From contig CAWFDF010000008.1 of NCBI GenBank assembly GCA_963814585.1, forward strand, positions 384,001 to 448,000: 64,000 nucleotides of DNA, written 5' to 3'. Both the position numbers and the translations under genes were made by a program. The notes under the pieces were generated by a model. It ran no database searches. It was not told where the DNA came from and saw only the letters and a list, made by a program, of their open reading frames with translations. Origin of the DNA: an uncultured delta proteobacterium. Its GTDB lineage: Bacteria; Myxococcota; Myxococcia; Myxococcales; Anaeromyxobacteraceae. Of the stretch, positions 33,877 to 43,759 are shown piece after piece (within the stretch, counting starts at the first letter, position 1; each line of letters begins with the position of its first letter).

Positions 33877-34533
33877 TTACGAGCGCAGCGCTCCGGCCAG
33901 GCCGGGCAGTCCCTCGCCGAGCCCGTCCATCATGAACTGGATGGCGATGGCGACCAGCAGGAGCCCGGCCACCCGCTCGAGGATCGCCAGGGAGGTCCTG
34001 CCCAGCACCTTCTCGGTGCGGGCGGCGCCGGCCAGGATGAACCCGGCCGCGGCGCAGGTCACCGCGATGGCCAGCAGCACCGCGGCCACCTGCCACCAGG
34101 GTCCGCCGCGGGCCTGCGCCATCAGCACGATGGCGGTGGCGATCGAGCCGGGGCCGGCCAGCAGCGGCATGGCCAGCGGCACGATGGCGATGTCGTCCTT
34201 GCCGGCCCCCTCCTCCACCTCGCCCTCGGTGATGCGCGTCTTGGAGGGCTGGGTCCGGATCATGTCGAGCGCCAGCAGCAGCAGCACCACGCCTCCGGCC
34301 ACCTTGAAGGCCGGCAGCCCGATGCCGAGCAGCTTGAAGATCCAGGATCCACCCAGCGCGAAGCCGGAGAGGACCAGCGCCGCGGTGATGGAGGCACGCA
34401 GCGCCGTCTCGCGCCGCTTCTCGACGGAGTCCCTCCTGGTCATGGCCAGGAAGATCGGCACCGCCGAGAGCGGGTCGACGACGAAGAAGATGGCCGACAG
34501 GGCGACCAGGAAGATGGCGAGGGCCTCGTTCAC
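33877..34533 (-). CDS. MarC family membrane protein
   Basis: VVDPL, AFKVAGG and IAIVPLAMPLLAGPGSI motifs. Confidence 0.92.
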   Translation of the reverse strand: MNEALAIFLVALSAIFFVVDPLSAVPIFLAMTRRDSVEKRRETALRASITAALVLSGFALGGSWIFKLLGIGLPAFKVAGGVVLLLLALDMIRTQPSKTRITEGEVEEGAGKDDIAIVPLAMPLLAGPGSIATAIVLMAQARGGPWWQVAAVLLAIAVTCAAAGFILAGAARTEKVLGRTSLAILERVAGLLLVAIAIQFMMDGLGEGLPGLAGALRS

Positions 34534-34684
34534 GGGTGGAGAAGATACCCGGGAACGGGGCCCCCGTCGCGCCCCACCGTCACGGGAGCGCCTCCCGCGG
34601 GCCCCGGGGCGAACGAGGCCGGCCCTCGCCGCGCCCGGCCTCGCCCGCCTCGCGGCGGCCGGGGCCACGAGGGGGGCGCCGGGG

Positions 34685-35398
34685 CTACCAGCCGCTCAGG
34701 CGGATCGACCAGACCTTGCGGATGGCCTCGAGGACGATCCGGCGCGACATCTTCGAGTGCCCGACCCGCCGGTCGGCGAAGACGATGGGAATCTCGCGGA
34801 TGGTGAAGCGGCGGCGTGCCGCCCGGTAGGTCAGCTCGATCTGGAACGCGTAGCCGGTGCACTCGACGGTGTCGAGGCCGATGCCCTCCAGGACCTCTCG
34901 CCGGAAGCACTTGAAGCCTCCGGTCAGGTCGCGAACCCGAAGGCCCAGGATGGTCCGGGCGTAGAGGCTGCCGCCGCGCGAGATGAGCTTGCGCACCAGC
35001 CCCCAGTTCACCGTGCCGCCTCCTTTCACGTATCGTGAACCAAGGACGAGGTCGGCCTCCTCGGCCGCCGCCAGCATGGCCGGCAGGTACCTCGGATCGT
35101 GGGAGAAGTCGCAGTCCATCTCCAGCACCAGCCCGTAGTCCCGGGCCAGCGCCCAGGCGAAGCCGGCCAGGTAGGCCCGCCCCAGCCCCTCCTTGCCGGC
35201 CCGGTGCAGCACCTTCACCCGCGGCTCGCGGGCGGCGATCTCGTCGGCCAGGCGGCCGGTGCCGTCCGGCGAGTTGTCGTCGATCACCAGCACGTCGACC
35301 TGCGGGACCGCCGCCAGGATGGCGTCGATCATGGGCGCCAGGTTCTCGCGCTCGTCGTAGGTGGGCAGGCAGACCAGCGCCTGGCGTGCGGGCGTCAT
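34685..35398 (-). CDS. Polyprenol monophosphomannose synthase (GT2)
   Basis: PTYDEREN, DDNSPDGTG, MDCDFSHDP, DLTGGFK and GYAFQIE motifs. Confidence 0.9.
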   Translation of the reverse strand: MTPARQALVCLPTYDERENLAPMIDAILAAVPQVDVLVIDDNSPDGTGRLADEIAAREPRVKVLHRAGKEGLGRAYLAGFAWALARDYGLVLEMDCDFSHDPRYLPAMLAAAEEADLVLGSRYVKGGGTVNWGLVRKLISRGGSLYARTILGLRVRDLTGGFKCFRREVLEGIGLDTVECTGYAFQIELTYRAARRRFTIREIPIVFADRRVGHSKMSRRIVLEAIRKVWSIRLSGW

Positions 35399-36531
35399 CT
35401 CGACAGCACCTCCACCACCTCGCGCGCCACCCGCTCGGGCGCGCCGGGCTCCCCCAGCGTCGCCCGGACCTCTCGCAGCCCGGCCAGCTGCGCCTGGCGG
35501 GCCGGCCCCTCGGCCAGCACCCGCTCGAGGGCCGCCGCCAGCCCCTCGCCGGAGGCGGCGCCCTGGAGCAGCTCCTGCACCACCTCGCGGCCCACCAGCA
35601 GGTTGACCAGCGAGACGTGGGTGAGCTTGATGAGCAGCCTCCCGATGAAGTAGGTGAACCAGGAGACCCGGTAGGTCACCACCATGGGCCGGAGCATCAG
35701 CCCGGCCTCCAGGGCGGAGGTGCCGCTCTTCACCAGCGCGGCATCGCTCGCCCCGACGGCCTCCCCGGTCCGGCCTTCGACCAGCTTCACGTCCAGCGTG
35801 GCGTGGGCCGCCAGGTGGGGCGCCAGCAGCGCCCGATCGAGCGTCGGGGCCACCGGCAGCACGAACTGCACGTCCGGGTGGCGGGCGCGCAGCCGCTCGG
35901 CGGCATCGAGCATGGGTGGCAGGAGCCGGGCGATCTCGCCGCGGCGGCTGCCGGGGACGATGGCGATGGTGGTCCGGTCCGGAGCCAGTCCGAGCAGGTC
36001 GCGGTAGGCCCGCGGTGGCGCCGGGAGGGGCCGCTCGGCGAACGGGTGCCCCACGAAGCGGGCCTGCACGCCGGTGCCGCGGTAGGCCTCGACCTCGAAG
36101 GGCAGGATGCAGAGCATCCGGTCGACCACGCGGGCGATCTGGGAAGCCCGCCCCTTCCGCCAGGCCCAGATGGTCGGCGAGATGTAGTAGACGACCTTGA
36201 CGCCCAGCTTCTTGAGCTTGGCGGCCAGCCGCAGGTTGAAGTCGGGGAGATTGACCAGCAGCGCCACCACGGGACGCCGCGCCTCGGCGGCGCGCGCCAG
36301 CCCGCGGAGGATGGCGAAGATGCGGGGGAGGCGGGGCAGGACCTCGACGAGTCCCATCACGCTGATGTCCTCGGCCGGGTAGAGCGTCTCCAGGCCGGCC
36401 GCCCGCAGCGACGGCCCCCCCACGCCGAAGGCGTGCAGGCCGGGGCGGAGCTTGCGCAGCTCGGCCAGCGCGCGCGCCGCGTGGAGGTCCGCGCTGGCCT
36501 CGCCGGCGACGATCAGGATTTCCTCGGCCAC
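35395..36531 (-). CDS. lpxB: Lipid-A-disaccharide synthase
   Basis: VAGEASAD, PDFN, YYISPTIWAW, PGSR and SGT motifs. Confidence 0.95.
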   Translation of the reverse strand: MAEEILIVAGEASADLHAARALAELRKLRPGLHAFGVGGPSLRAAGLETLYPAEDISVMGLVEVLPRLPRIFAILRGLARAAEARRPVVALLVNLPDFNLRLAAKLKKLGVKVVYYISPTIWAWRKGRASQIARVVDRMLCILPFEVEAYRGTGVQARFVGHPFAERPLPAPPRAYRDLLGLAPDRTTIAIVPGSRRGEIARLLPPMLDAAERLRARHPDVQFVLPVAPTLDRALLAPHLAAHATLDVKLVEGRTGEAVGASDAALVKSGTSALEAGLMLRPMVVTYRVSWFTYFIGRLLIKLTHVSLVNLLVGREVVQELLQGAASGEGLAAALERVLAEGPARQAQLAGLREVRATLGEPGAPERVAREVVEVLSR

Positions 36532-36650
36532 TCCGGCCGTATAGCACGTCCCCGGCAGGCGCCGCGGTCCGGGGAGGCGCGGCGAGCGGACCACGAACCT
36601 TCCTCGCCTGGAGCGGCTCCAACGAGGCACCACCTCCCCTCGGAGCCTCC

Positions 36651-37067
36651 ATGTCCCGGTCTCGCATCCCCTTCGCCCTGGTCGCCGCCCTCGGAGTCGG
36701 CCTCGGCCTCGGCGCCGTCGCCTGCTCGCGGAGCGATGCCGCCCCGCCGGCCGCCACCGTCGCGCCCTCCCACGCGGCCCAGCCGCCCTCGGCCGGGCTG
36801 CCGAGGCTGGTCTTCTTCATGAACCCCAGCGGCCGGCCCTGCCAGCTGCAGGACCAGGTCCTCGAGGAACTCGCCCCGTCGCTGCAGGGGCGTGCCCAGA
36901 TCGTGCGCTTCCGCACCACCACGCCTGGCGACCTGGCCATGTTCGAGCGCTTCGGCATCCGCTCGCTCCCGCAGCTGGTGGTGACCGACGCCACCGGGCG
37001 GGAGCTGCGCCGGGCCACGCCCGGGATCCTGGCGGCCGATCAGGTCCTCCAGCTGCTCTCCCGGTGA
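36651..37067 (+). CDS. Thioredoxin-fold lipoprotein (GxxC)
   Basis: Lipobox AVAC, FFMNPSGRPCQ and FGIRSLP. Confidence 0.7.
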   Translation: MSRSRIPFALVAALGVGLGLGAVACSRSDAAPPAATVAPSHAAQPPSAGLPRLVFFMNPSGRPCQLQDQVLEELAPSLQGRAQIVRFRTTTPGDLAMFERFGIRSLPQLVVTDATGRELRRATPGILAADQVLQLLSR

Positions 37068-37074
37068 GTCGCCC

Positions 37075-37722
37075 GTGGACCTGAGCCTCTCCTCGGCGGC
37101 GCTCGCCTTCGGTGCCGGTCTCGCCAGCGTGCTGAGCCCGTGCGTGCTGCCGGTGGTCCCGCTCATCGTCACCGGCACGGCCGACGAGCACCGCACCCGC
37201 CCCGCCCTCGTCGTCTCCGGGCTCGCCGCCAGCTTCGTCGCCATGGGCGTCCTCATGGCCCTCTTCGGGGCCACGGTGGGACCGCTCATGCCGGGCCTGG
37301 AGAAGGTGGTGGCCGTCCTGGTGATCGTCTTCGGCCTGCTCCTCCTCCTCGACGTCAACCTCTTCAAGCGGCTCGCCTGGCTGCAGCGGATCCAGCCCGG
37401 GACGGGCGGCCGCTGGTCGGGGCTGGTGCTGGGCGCCAGCCTCGGGCTGGTCTGGATCCCCTGCGTAGGCCCGATGCTCTCGGCGGTGCTGGCCACCGTC
37501 GCCACCGAGGGGCGGCTCGCCTCCGGCTTCCTGCTGCTGCTCATCTACTCGGCCGGCTTCGCCGTCCCCATGCTGGCCGTCGGCTACGGCTCGCAGGCGC
37601 TGCGCCGGAGGATCCGCGCCATCGCCTCGCGGCCGCTGGTGGTGCGCTGGGGTTCGGGGCTGCTCCTCATCGCCTTCGGCCTCGTCATCCTGGACAAGGG
37701 CATGCTCTTCGCGGGGATGTAG
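37075..37722 (+). CDS. ccdA: Cytochrome c biogenesis protein CcdA
   Basis: LSPCVLP and WIPCVGP; six TM segments. Confidence 0.9.
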   Translation: MDLSLSSAALAFGAGLASVLSPCVLPVVPLIVTGTADEHRTRPALVVSGLAASFVAMGVLMALFGATVGPLMPGLEKVVAVLVIVFGLLLLLDVNLFKRLAWLQRIQPGTGGRWSGLVLGASLGLVWIPCVGPMLSAVLATVATEGRLASGFLLLLIYSAGFAVPMLAVGYGSQALRRRIRAIASRPLVVRWGSGLLLIAFGLVILDKGMLFAGM

Positions 37723-37782
37723 CGAGGGGCCTCGGCGCGAGTTAGACCTTCGACGGGTCACGGCCCGAGGAGGCCGCACGCG

Positions 37783-40293
37783 ATGCCCGAGTCCGCAGCC
37801 CCGACCACCGCCGCTCCAGCCCCGCCACCGACGCGCGACCCGGTCTGTGGCGCAGAGGTCGATCCCGCCGGTCCGCCGGGCGGCACGGTGGAGCGCGGCC
37901 GCTACCGCTACCACTTCCACGACCCGGCCTGCCGCGCCCGCTTCGAGGCCGAGCCCACGCGCTGGTTCGCCGTCGACCCGGTCTGCGGCATGGAGGTCAA
38001 CCCGAAGGCGCCGCGGGGCGGCACCTGCGACCACCAGGGGACCAGCTACCACTTCTGCAGCCCGCGGTGCCGGGCGAAGTTCGAGGCCGATCCAGCCGGC
38101 GTCCTCGCTCTCCGGCGCCTCGGGCCGACCGCGGCGCCGCCCCCGGCCGCGCCGCCCGGCGCCGAGGTGGTCTGGGTCTGCCCCATGGATCCGGAGGTCC
38201 GCGAGAAGTCCCCCGTGCCCTGCCCGATCTGCGGCATGGCGCTGGAGCCGCTGGTGGTGGGCGGGATGCCGAGCGCCGACGAGCCGCCCAGCCCCGAGCT
38301 GGCCAGCATGACCCGCCGGTTCTGGTGGGGCCTGCCGCCCACGCTGGCCCTGCTGGTGGTGGCCATGGGCGACATGGCCGCCGGGATGCAGCTGCGCCAC
38401 GCCCTCGGCTTCCGCGCCTTCGCGCTGCTGCAGCTGGCGCTCTCGGCGCCGGTGGTGCTGGTGGGGGGCTGGCCCTTCTTCGAGCGGGCCTGGCTCTCCC
38501 TGCGCACCTGGAAGCTCAACATGTTCACGCTGATCGGGATCGGCACCGCCGCCGCCTTCCTCTTCAGCGGACTGGCCACGGTGCTGCCGGCGGATTCCTT
38601 CCCGGCCGCCTACCTCGAGCACGGCGCGCCCCCCATCTACTTCGAGTCGGCCGCGGTCATCGTCGAGCTGGTCTGCCTCGGCCAGGTGCTGGAGCTGAGG
38701 GCCAGGAGCCGCGTCTCCGGCGCCATCCGCGCCCTGCTCCGGCTGGCCCCCAGGACCGCTCGCCGCGTCGCCGCCGATGGGATCGAGCAGGACGTCGAGG
38801 TGGCCACCCTGCAGGTGGGCGACCTGCTGCGGGTCCGCCCCGGAGAGAAGGTCCCCGTCGACGGCCGGGTGGTCTCGGGCGCCTCCAGTGTCGACGAGTC
38901 CATGGTGACCGGCGAGCCGGTGCCGGTGGAGAAGCAGGAGGGGGATCCGGTCACGGGCGCCACGGTCAACGGCACCGGCGGCTTCGTGATGCGCGCCGAG
39001 CGCGTCGGCGGCGACACCCTGCTCTCGCACATCGTCCGCATGGTGATGGACGCGCAGCGGACCCGCGCCCCCATCCAGCGGCTGGCCGACGTGGTCTCGG
39101 GTTGGTTCGTCCCGGGGGTGGTGGCCTCGGCGCTCCTCGCCTTCGCGCTCTGGGCGCTGGTCGGCCCGGAGCCCCGGCTGGCCCACGGGCTGGTGGCGGC
39201 GGTGGCGGTGCTGATCATCGCCTGCCCCTGCGCGCTGGGCCTGGCCACCCCCATGGCCATCATGGTCGGCACCGGTCGTGGCGCCACCGCGGGCGTGCTG
39301 GTGAAGAGCGCCGAGGCGCTGGAGCGGCTGGAGAAGGTCAGCGTGCTGCTGGTCGACAAGACCGGCACGCTCACCATCGGCAAGCCAGCCCTCTCGGGCG
39401 TGACGCCGGCGTCGCCGTTCACCGAGGCCGAGGTGCTGCGCCTGGCCGCGGCGCTGGAGCGGAGCTCGGAGCACCCGCTGGCCGCCGCGGTGACGGCGGG
39501 AGCGGCGGCGCGGGGCGTGGCCGGGGCCGAGGCCACCGGCTTCGAGGCCATCCCAGGTCGCGGCGTGCGCGGCTCGGTGGAGGGGCGGCGTGCCCTGCTC
39601 GGCACCGCCGCCTTCCTCGCCGAGCAGGCCGTCGACACCGCCCCGCTGGCCGAGGCCGCCGAGCGGGCCCGCGCCGAAGGGGCCACCGCCATGTTCCTGG
39701 CCCTCGACGGCCGGCTGGCCGGGTTGATCACCGCCGCCGATCCGGTCAAGCCCGGCGCCGCCGAGGCCCTGGTGGCGCTGCGCGCCGAAGGGCTGCAGGT
39801 GGTGATGGTGACCGGCGACGCCCGGACCACCGCGCTGGCCGTCGCCGCCCGGCTCGGCATCACCCAGGTGGAGGCCGAGGTCCACCCCGCCGACAAGGCG
39901 GCGGTGGTGGCGCGCTACCAGGCTCGAGGCCTCTCAGTCGCCATGGCTGGAGATGGCATCAACGACGCCCCGGCGCTGGCCGCCGCCGACGTCGGCATCG
40001 CCATGGGGACCGGCGCCGACGTGGCCATCGAGAGCGCCGGGCTGACGCTGGTGAAGGGGGACCTGGCCGGCATCGTCCGGGCCCGCCGACTCTCCCGCGC
40101 CACCATGCGCAACATCCGCCAGAACCTCTTCTGGGCCTTCGCCTACAACGCCGCCGGCGTGCCGCTGGCGGCCGGGCTGCTCTTCCCGCTCACGGGGATG
40201 GTCCTCTCGCCGATGATCGCCAGCGCCGCGATGAGCTTCAGCTCGGTGACGGTGATCGCCAACGCGCTGCGGCTGCGCCACGCCAGGCTGTAG
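37783..40293 (+). CDS. copA: Copper-translocating P1B ATPase with N-terminal YHS domains
   Basis: DPVCG x2, CPMD/CPICGM, CPC, DKTGT, SEHP, GDGIND, YN and MSFSS motifs. Confidence 0.92.
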   Translation: MPESAAPTTAAPAPPPTRDPVCGAEVDPAGPPGGTVERGRYRYHFHDPACRARFEAEPTRWFAVDPVCGMEVNPKAPRGGTCDHQGTSYHFCSPRCRAKFEADPAGVLALRRLGPTAAPPPAAPPGAEVVWVCPMDPEVREKSPVPCPICGMALEPLVVGGMPSADEPPSPELASMTRRFWWGLPPTLALLVVAMGDMAAGMQLRHALGFRAFALLQLALSAPVVLVGGWPFFERAWLSLRTWKLNMFTLIGIGTAAAFLFSGLATVLPADSFPAAYLEHGAPPIYFESAAVIVELVCLGQVLELRARSRVSGAIRALLRLAPRTARRVAADGIEQDVEVATLQVGDLLRVRPGEKVPVDGRVVSGASSVDESMVTGEPVPVEKQEGDPVTGATVNGTGGFVMRAERVGGDTLLSHIVRMVMDAQRTRAPIQRLADVVSGWFVPGVVASALLAFALWALVGPEPRLAHGLVAAVAVLIIACPCALGLATPMAIMVGTGRGATAGVLVKSAEALERLEKVSVLLVDKTGTLTIGKPALSGVTPASPFTEAEVLRLAAALERSSEHPLAAAVTAGAAARGVAGAEATGFEAIPGRGVRGSVEGRRALLGTAAFLAEQAVDTAPLAEAAERARAEGATAMFLALDGRLAGLITAADPVKPGAAEALVALRAEGLQVVMVTGDARTTALAVAARLGITQVEAEVHPADKAAVVARYQARGLSVAMAGDGINDAPALAAADVGIAMGTGADVAIESAGLTLVKGDLAGIVRARRLSRATMRNIRQNLFWAFAYNAAGVPLAAGLLFPLTGMVLSPMIASAAMSFSSVTVIANALRLRHARL

Positions 40294-40541
40294 GCCGGCG
40301 GCGGCGCCTGCTCCAGAGGAGCGGCGCCCGGGAGCGGCGGGTTGCCGCCGCGTGCCAGCGAGAGGCTCCCGGGAGCGGCGGGGCCTCGCCGGCCGGGAGC
40401 GAGCCGCGCAGCCCCATCACCGCTCGCACTGGCGGACCGGCCGCTGGCGAGCGGGCGCGCCGCAGGCGGGACGAGCTCCCCGGCCCGGCGGGGCTCCGCC
40501 GCGACCACGGGAGCCGATGCGTGCCAGCGAGACTCCGGCCG

Positions 40542-41123
40542 CTACGAGCTGGCCCGGTCGATCACCTTCTCCAGCGTCGGGCCGCGCCAGGCCGCGAACC
40601 GGTCGAGCAGCCCGTCCGGCTCGTCCCCGACGAGGAGCAGCCGCCGGTGGGCGGGGCGCAGGAAGCCGGCGCCCACCGCACGGTCGAGGAACTCGGCCAG
40701 CGGCCGGTAGTACCCGGCCACGTCGAGCAGGCCCACCGGCCGCGCGTGCAGCCCGAGCTGCGCCCAGGTGAGCACCTCGGACAGCTCCTCCAGCGTCCCC
40801 ATCCCGCCCGGCAGGGCCACGAAGCCGTCGGAGAGCTCGGCCATCAGCGCCTTGCGCTCGTGCATCGAGCCGACCACGTGCAGGGTGCTGAGCGATCGGT
40901 GGGCCAGCTCCCGGATCTGGAGCACCTGCGGGATGACTCCGATGACCTCGCCGCCGCCCGCCAGCGCCGCGTCGGCCACCGCCCCCATCAGCCCAACCGA
41001 GCCGCCCCCGTAGACCAGCCCCAGCCCGCGCCGGGCCAGCGTGGCGCCCATGGTGCGCGCCGCCTCGAGGTACCTCGGGTCGTGTCCGGGGGACGAGCCG
41101 CAGAAGACGCAGATCCTCTTCAT
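40542..41123 (-). CDS. LOG family protein (TIGR00730)
   Basis: [17 protein letters not shown] and PGGMGTLEE motifs. Confidence 0.93.
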   Translation of the reverse strand: MKRICVFCGSSPGHDPRYLEAARTMGATLARRGLGLVYGGGSVGLMGAVADAALAGGGEVIGVIPQVLQIRELAHRSLSTLHVVGSMHERKALMAELSDGFVALPGGMGTLEELSEVLTWAQLGLHARPVGLLDVAGYYRPLAEFLDRAVGAGFLRPAHRRLLLVGDEPDGLLDRFAAWRGPTLEKVIDRASS

Positions 41124-41162
41124 GGTTGGACGAGCATACCGCCGGCGTGGCATGTAGCGCCC

Positions 41163-41465
41163 GTGCGCCTGTCCCGTCCCCGCGTCCTGCTCCGGCTGGT
41201 CCTCTTGCTGGTCGGCGCGACCTTCATGGCCTGGAAGGCCTGGGACACCGAGCGGGCCTCGGGCGTGGCCGGCCTGGCGCCCGGCGACGCGCTGCTGCTC
41301 CACCGGATCGCGCTGGTCGAGCTGCTCCTTGCCGTGCTGGCGCTCGGCACGGCGCTGGCGGCCGGCCTGTCGCTCCGCGCCCGCCCGGCGCGCCGGCGGC
41401 TCGGGCTGGTGCCTCCGCACCCTCCCGGCGGCGGCCCGGCCCGCCACGACGGCCCCGATCAGTAG
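41163..41465 (+). CDS. Small hypothetical membrane protein
   Basis: Two hydrophobic helices; fills the gap between neighbouring genes. Confidence 0.5.
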   Translation: MRLSRPRVLLRLVLLLVGATFMAWKAWDTERASGVAGLAPGDALLLHRIALVELLLAVLALGTALAAGLSLRARPARRRLGLVPPHPPGGGPARHDGPDQ

Positions 41466-43243
41466 ATCCGCGCCACCTCGGCGCCGGAGAAGTAGGCCCT
41501 CAGGATCTGCCGGTACCCCTGCCCGGCCTCGGCCCGGCCGACCGCGCCCCACTGGCACATCCCGGCGCCGTGCCCCCAGCCTCCGCCGTGCAGCACCCAG
41601 TCCGGACCCTCTCGGTCGATGGTGAACATCGCCGAGGGGAGGTTGCGCAGCAGGCGCCGGATGCGCAGCTCGCCGGCGAGATCGGCCGCCCCGGCCGTCC
41701 CCTCGACGCGCAGCGAGGTGGCCCGCCCCGAGACGCCGCGGGCGACCACCGAGAGGCCGCGCACCTCGCCGACGCCGAGCTTCTCGGCCAGCAGCTCCAG
41801 GTCACCGGGCGTGAAGCGTCGCTCCCAGCGGAACCGATCCTTGCGCGCCGCCGCCGGCCGCCGGCACCAGGCGTCGACCGGGGTGGTCAGGAAGCGGCGC
41901 AGCGTCCCCTCGTCGCGCAGCGTCCCGGCCCAGGCCGCGGCTCCGCCGCCGGCGAGGTCGGGCTGCCCGCGCAGGCTGGCGCTCGGCGTGACTGGCCAGA
42001 CCGCGTCGTTGTCCTCCCCGTGGCCGCCGCAGAGCGCCGAGTAGACGCCGTCCACCAGCGTCCGGTCGGCCTTGCCAAAGAGGGCCTCGCCGGCGGTGGC
42101 CCGGATGGCCTCGTCGGTCCGTGGGTGCGCGGCCCCGGCCCCGCGGTAGGCCTGGCAGTGGACCTCGGCGCAGATGACGTACGGATCGGCCAGGTGGCGG
42201 GTGCCGAGCTGGGCCAGGACGTTGGATTGGGCGGTCACCGCCTGGGCCTTGAGCGCCTCGAGGTGGGACGAGGCCGGCATCTCGGCCGGCACCAGCCCGC
42301 GCAGCAGCTCCTCGAGCGGCACCACCGCCACCAGCGCCAGGCGTCCGGAGGCGTCGAGGGTCGCCACCAGCCGCGACCGGTAGCGCCGCTCCTCCCGCGC
42401 CGGCTTGCCGTCCAGGGCGTGCTCGACCGCCTCGACCGCCAGCCCGCCGTCGTCCAGCGGCTCGACGGTGACCGCGGCGTCGGCGTCCCCGAGCGGACCA
42501 GCCTCGCTGGCGACGTCGAGGCGGCCGCGCGGGCGGGCCACCAGCTCCTCGTCGAGCGTGAGCCTCTGTCCGGAGCGGGCCTGGAGGGCATCGGCTCGCG
42601 CCTGCGCGCTGCGCTGGTCCCGCTCCCCCTCGGCCAGCAGCAGCTGGCGGCGGGTGTCCACGACGCGGCCGGCGATCCCGTAGACCCCCCCGATGGTCCG
42701 CAGCCGGACCGCCACGCCACGCGCGACCCAGTCGGCCCGCGCCGCCTCGATCCGCGCCCGGTCCGCCCAGGCCGCCTCGGCCAGCAGGGGCGCGGCCTCC
42801 AGCCTCGCCGGCGCCGTGCCCCGGGCCTGGACCACCAGGCGCGTCCCCTCCTGGAGCAGGACGGTCGGGCCAGCCCGCAGCACCAGCCGGGCCCGACCGA
42901 CCGTCCGGATCGCCAGGTGCTGCTGCCCCTCCATGAGCCGGATGGTCACCAGCGGCTGGCCCCCCGGTCCGAACTCGATCCGGTGTCCCCAGAGCAGGTC
43001 CAGGACATCGGCGCCGCTGGACGTGGCCGGCGCCGGCGTGGCGTGGGGTGGCGGCTCTGGCGGCGGCGTCGGAGGCGGCAGCGGCGGCGGCAGCCGGTCG
43101 GTGGCCTCGGGCGACGAGACGGCCTGGCGCGACGGCGGGTCCGATGCGGCGCCCGCCACCGCCGCGGCGGCGAGGAGCGAGGCCATGAGGAGCGTGACCA
43201 GCCCGCGCCGGCCACTCCCGACCTGATCTGGGGATGGAGCCAT
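41459..43243 (-). CDS. SpoIID/LytB domain protein (lytic transglycosylase-like)
   Basis: [31 protein letters not shown] and YRQIL motifs; start uncertain. Confidence 0.88.
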   Translation of the reverse strand: MAPSPDQVGSGRRGLVTLLMASLLAAAAVAGAASDPPSRQAVSSPEATDRLPPPLPPPTPPPEPPPHATPAPATSSGADVLDLLWGHRIEFGPGGQPLVTIRLMEGQQHLAIRTVGRARLVLRAGPTVLLQEGTRLVVQARGTAPARLEAAPLLAEAAWADRARIEAARADWVARGVAVRLRTIGGVYGIAGRVVDTRRQLLLAEGERDQRSAQARADALQARSGQRLTLDEELVARPRGRLDVASEAGPLGDADAAVTVEPLDDGGLAVEAVEHALDGKPAREERRYRSRLVATLDASGRLALVAVVPLEELLRGLVPAEMPASSHLEALKAQAVTAQSNVLAQLGTRHLADPYVICAEVHCQAYRGAGAAHPRTDEAIRATAGEALFGKADRTLVDGVYSALCGGHGEDNDAVWPVTPSASLRGQPDLAGGGAAAWAGTLRDEGTLRRFLTTPVDAWCRRPAAARKDRFRWERRFTPGDLELLAEKLGVGEVRGLSVVARGVSGRATSLRVEGTAGAADLAGELRIRRLLRNLPSAMFTIDREGPDWVLHGGGWGHGAGMCQWGAVGRAEAGQGYRQILRAYFSGAEVARIY

Positions 43244-43378
43244 CCGGAGCCACCCTACCGCGAGGCCCCGTCAGGTGAGGCGGAAGCCGGTGAGGCACGG
43301 CGCCAGGTTCCATCAGATCCCCGAATGATCCCCGATGGTTTCTTGACCAGGTGCGATCGGGTGATATCACGATCCCCG

Positions 43379-43759
43379 ATGGGCTCCGTCGAGTGCACGC
43401 ACTGCCAGGTGACGATGACCAGCTGGGCGGCGTCCGGCAGCCCGGTCCGGTATTTCCAGTGCCCGCTCTGCGCGCGAACCTTCGCCTCCGCGTACGACGA
43501 GGTCTTCCGCGCCAGGGCCGGCGCCCGCCAGACCGGCGTGCCATCCCAGCAGGCGGCCCCTGCCAGCCTCCCCATGGCCAGCCCCGAGGCGCAGCGCTGG
43601 GCCACGGTCCGCGCTCGCGCCTCCCGCTGGTTCTCACGGCTCGACACCGAACAGCGGCTGGTTGCCCGGGCGCTCCCCCCTGCACCAGGACCTCAGCGGC
43701 TTGCGCCGCGCGCCGAGGCCGGCTCCGCGGCCGCCGCCCGTCCGGCCCGCCACAGGTAG
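43379..43759 (+). CDS. Small zinc-ribbon hypothetical protein
   Basis: CTHC...YFQCPLC; TTGACC upstream. Confidence 0.65.
   Translation: MGSVECTHCQVTMTSWAASGSPVRYFQCPLCARTFASAYDEVFRARAGARQTGVPSQQAAPASLPMASPEAQRWATVRARASRWFSRLDTEQRLVARALPPAPGPQRLAPRAEAGSAAAARPARHR

Noticed and set aside
30123..33935. Very long antisense or alternate-frame ORFs (e.g. 1270 aa, also 958, 1022, 1132 aa elsewhere)
   Set aside because: Shadow ORFs from high-GC codon bias opposite or overlapping real genes; Arg/Gly/Pro-rich with no motifs.
40350..40532. 14-bp repeat gcgtgccagcgaga (40350, 40519) between convergent genes
   Set aside because: Only two short copies in GC-rich DNA, with no full sigma54 motif and no array.
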